From the NCBI GenBank assembly GCA_951406725.2, contig OX597817.1:12214001-12278000 (forward strand): 64,000 nt of DNA, read 5' to 3'. Under the pieces are notes generated by a model, which was given only the letters and a program-made list of their open reading frames with translations, made no database searches and was not told the origin of the DNA. A program made the position numbers and the translations under genes. Each line of letters begins with the position of its first letter. The first letter of the stretch is position 1. This stretch comes from Octopus vulgaris (lineage: Eukaryota). This document shows positions 63,798 through 64,000 of this stretch, piece after piece.

Positions 63798-64000
63798 ATA
63801 TATATATATATATATGTATATTATTGTCTGGGGAGAGTTATTCTGATTTAATACCTTATTAATTAACACAGACTCTCTCTCTTTACTCTTTTACTTGTTT
63901 CAGTCATTTGACTGCGAACATGCTGGAGCACCGCCTTTAGTCAGCAAATCGACCCCGGGACTTATTCTTTGTAAGCCCAGTACTTATTCTATCGGTCTCT

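Overview
AT-rich, repeat-dense animal genomic DNA. The SINE and LINE-tail repertoire looks cephalopod, most likely Octopus; this is an inference from recognised repeat families. The only host gene I can support is gephyrin on the minus strand: six GT-AG coding exons between 24996 and 56264 encode the MogA-like G domain and the start of the linker. Exon 1 and the E domain were not found in the window. The rest is intron packed with mobile DNA: a 5'-truncated R4/Dong-type RLE retrotransposon with an open ORF inserted in (TAA)n, a Hero-like RLE fragment, a Penelope-like element, RTE/CR1/Tx1 fragments, three Tc1/mariner elements (one a full-length DD37D), a Helitron helicase relic with non-autonomous Helitrons, hAT and piggyBac MITEs, and several tRNA-derived SINE families. 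The most striking item is at 29822-30697: a retrozyme-like insertion of a 360-bp unit, present as partial tandem copies in both orientations and flanked by a 13-bp target-site duplication. Each arm carries an identical, intact type I hammerhead ribozyme in a strongly self-complementary monomer. Degenerate hammerhead cores occur in several other repeats. Most short ORFs in the supplied track are artefacts of repeats and microsatellites.
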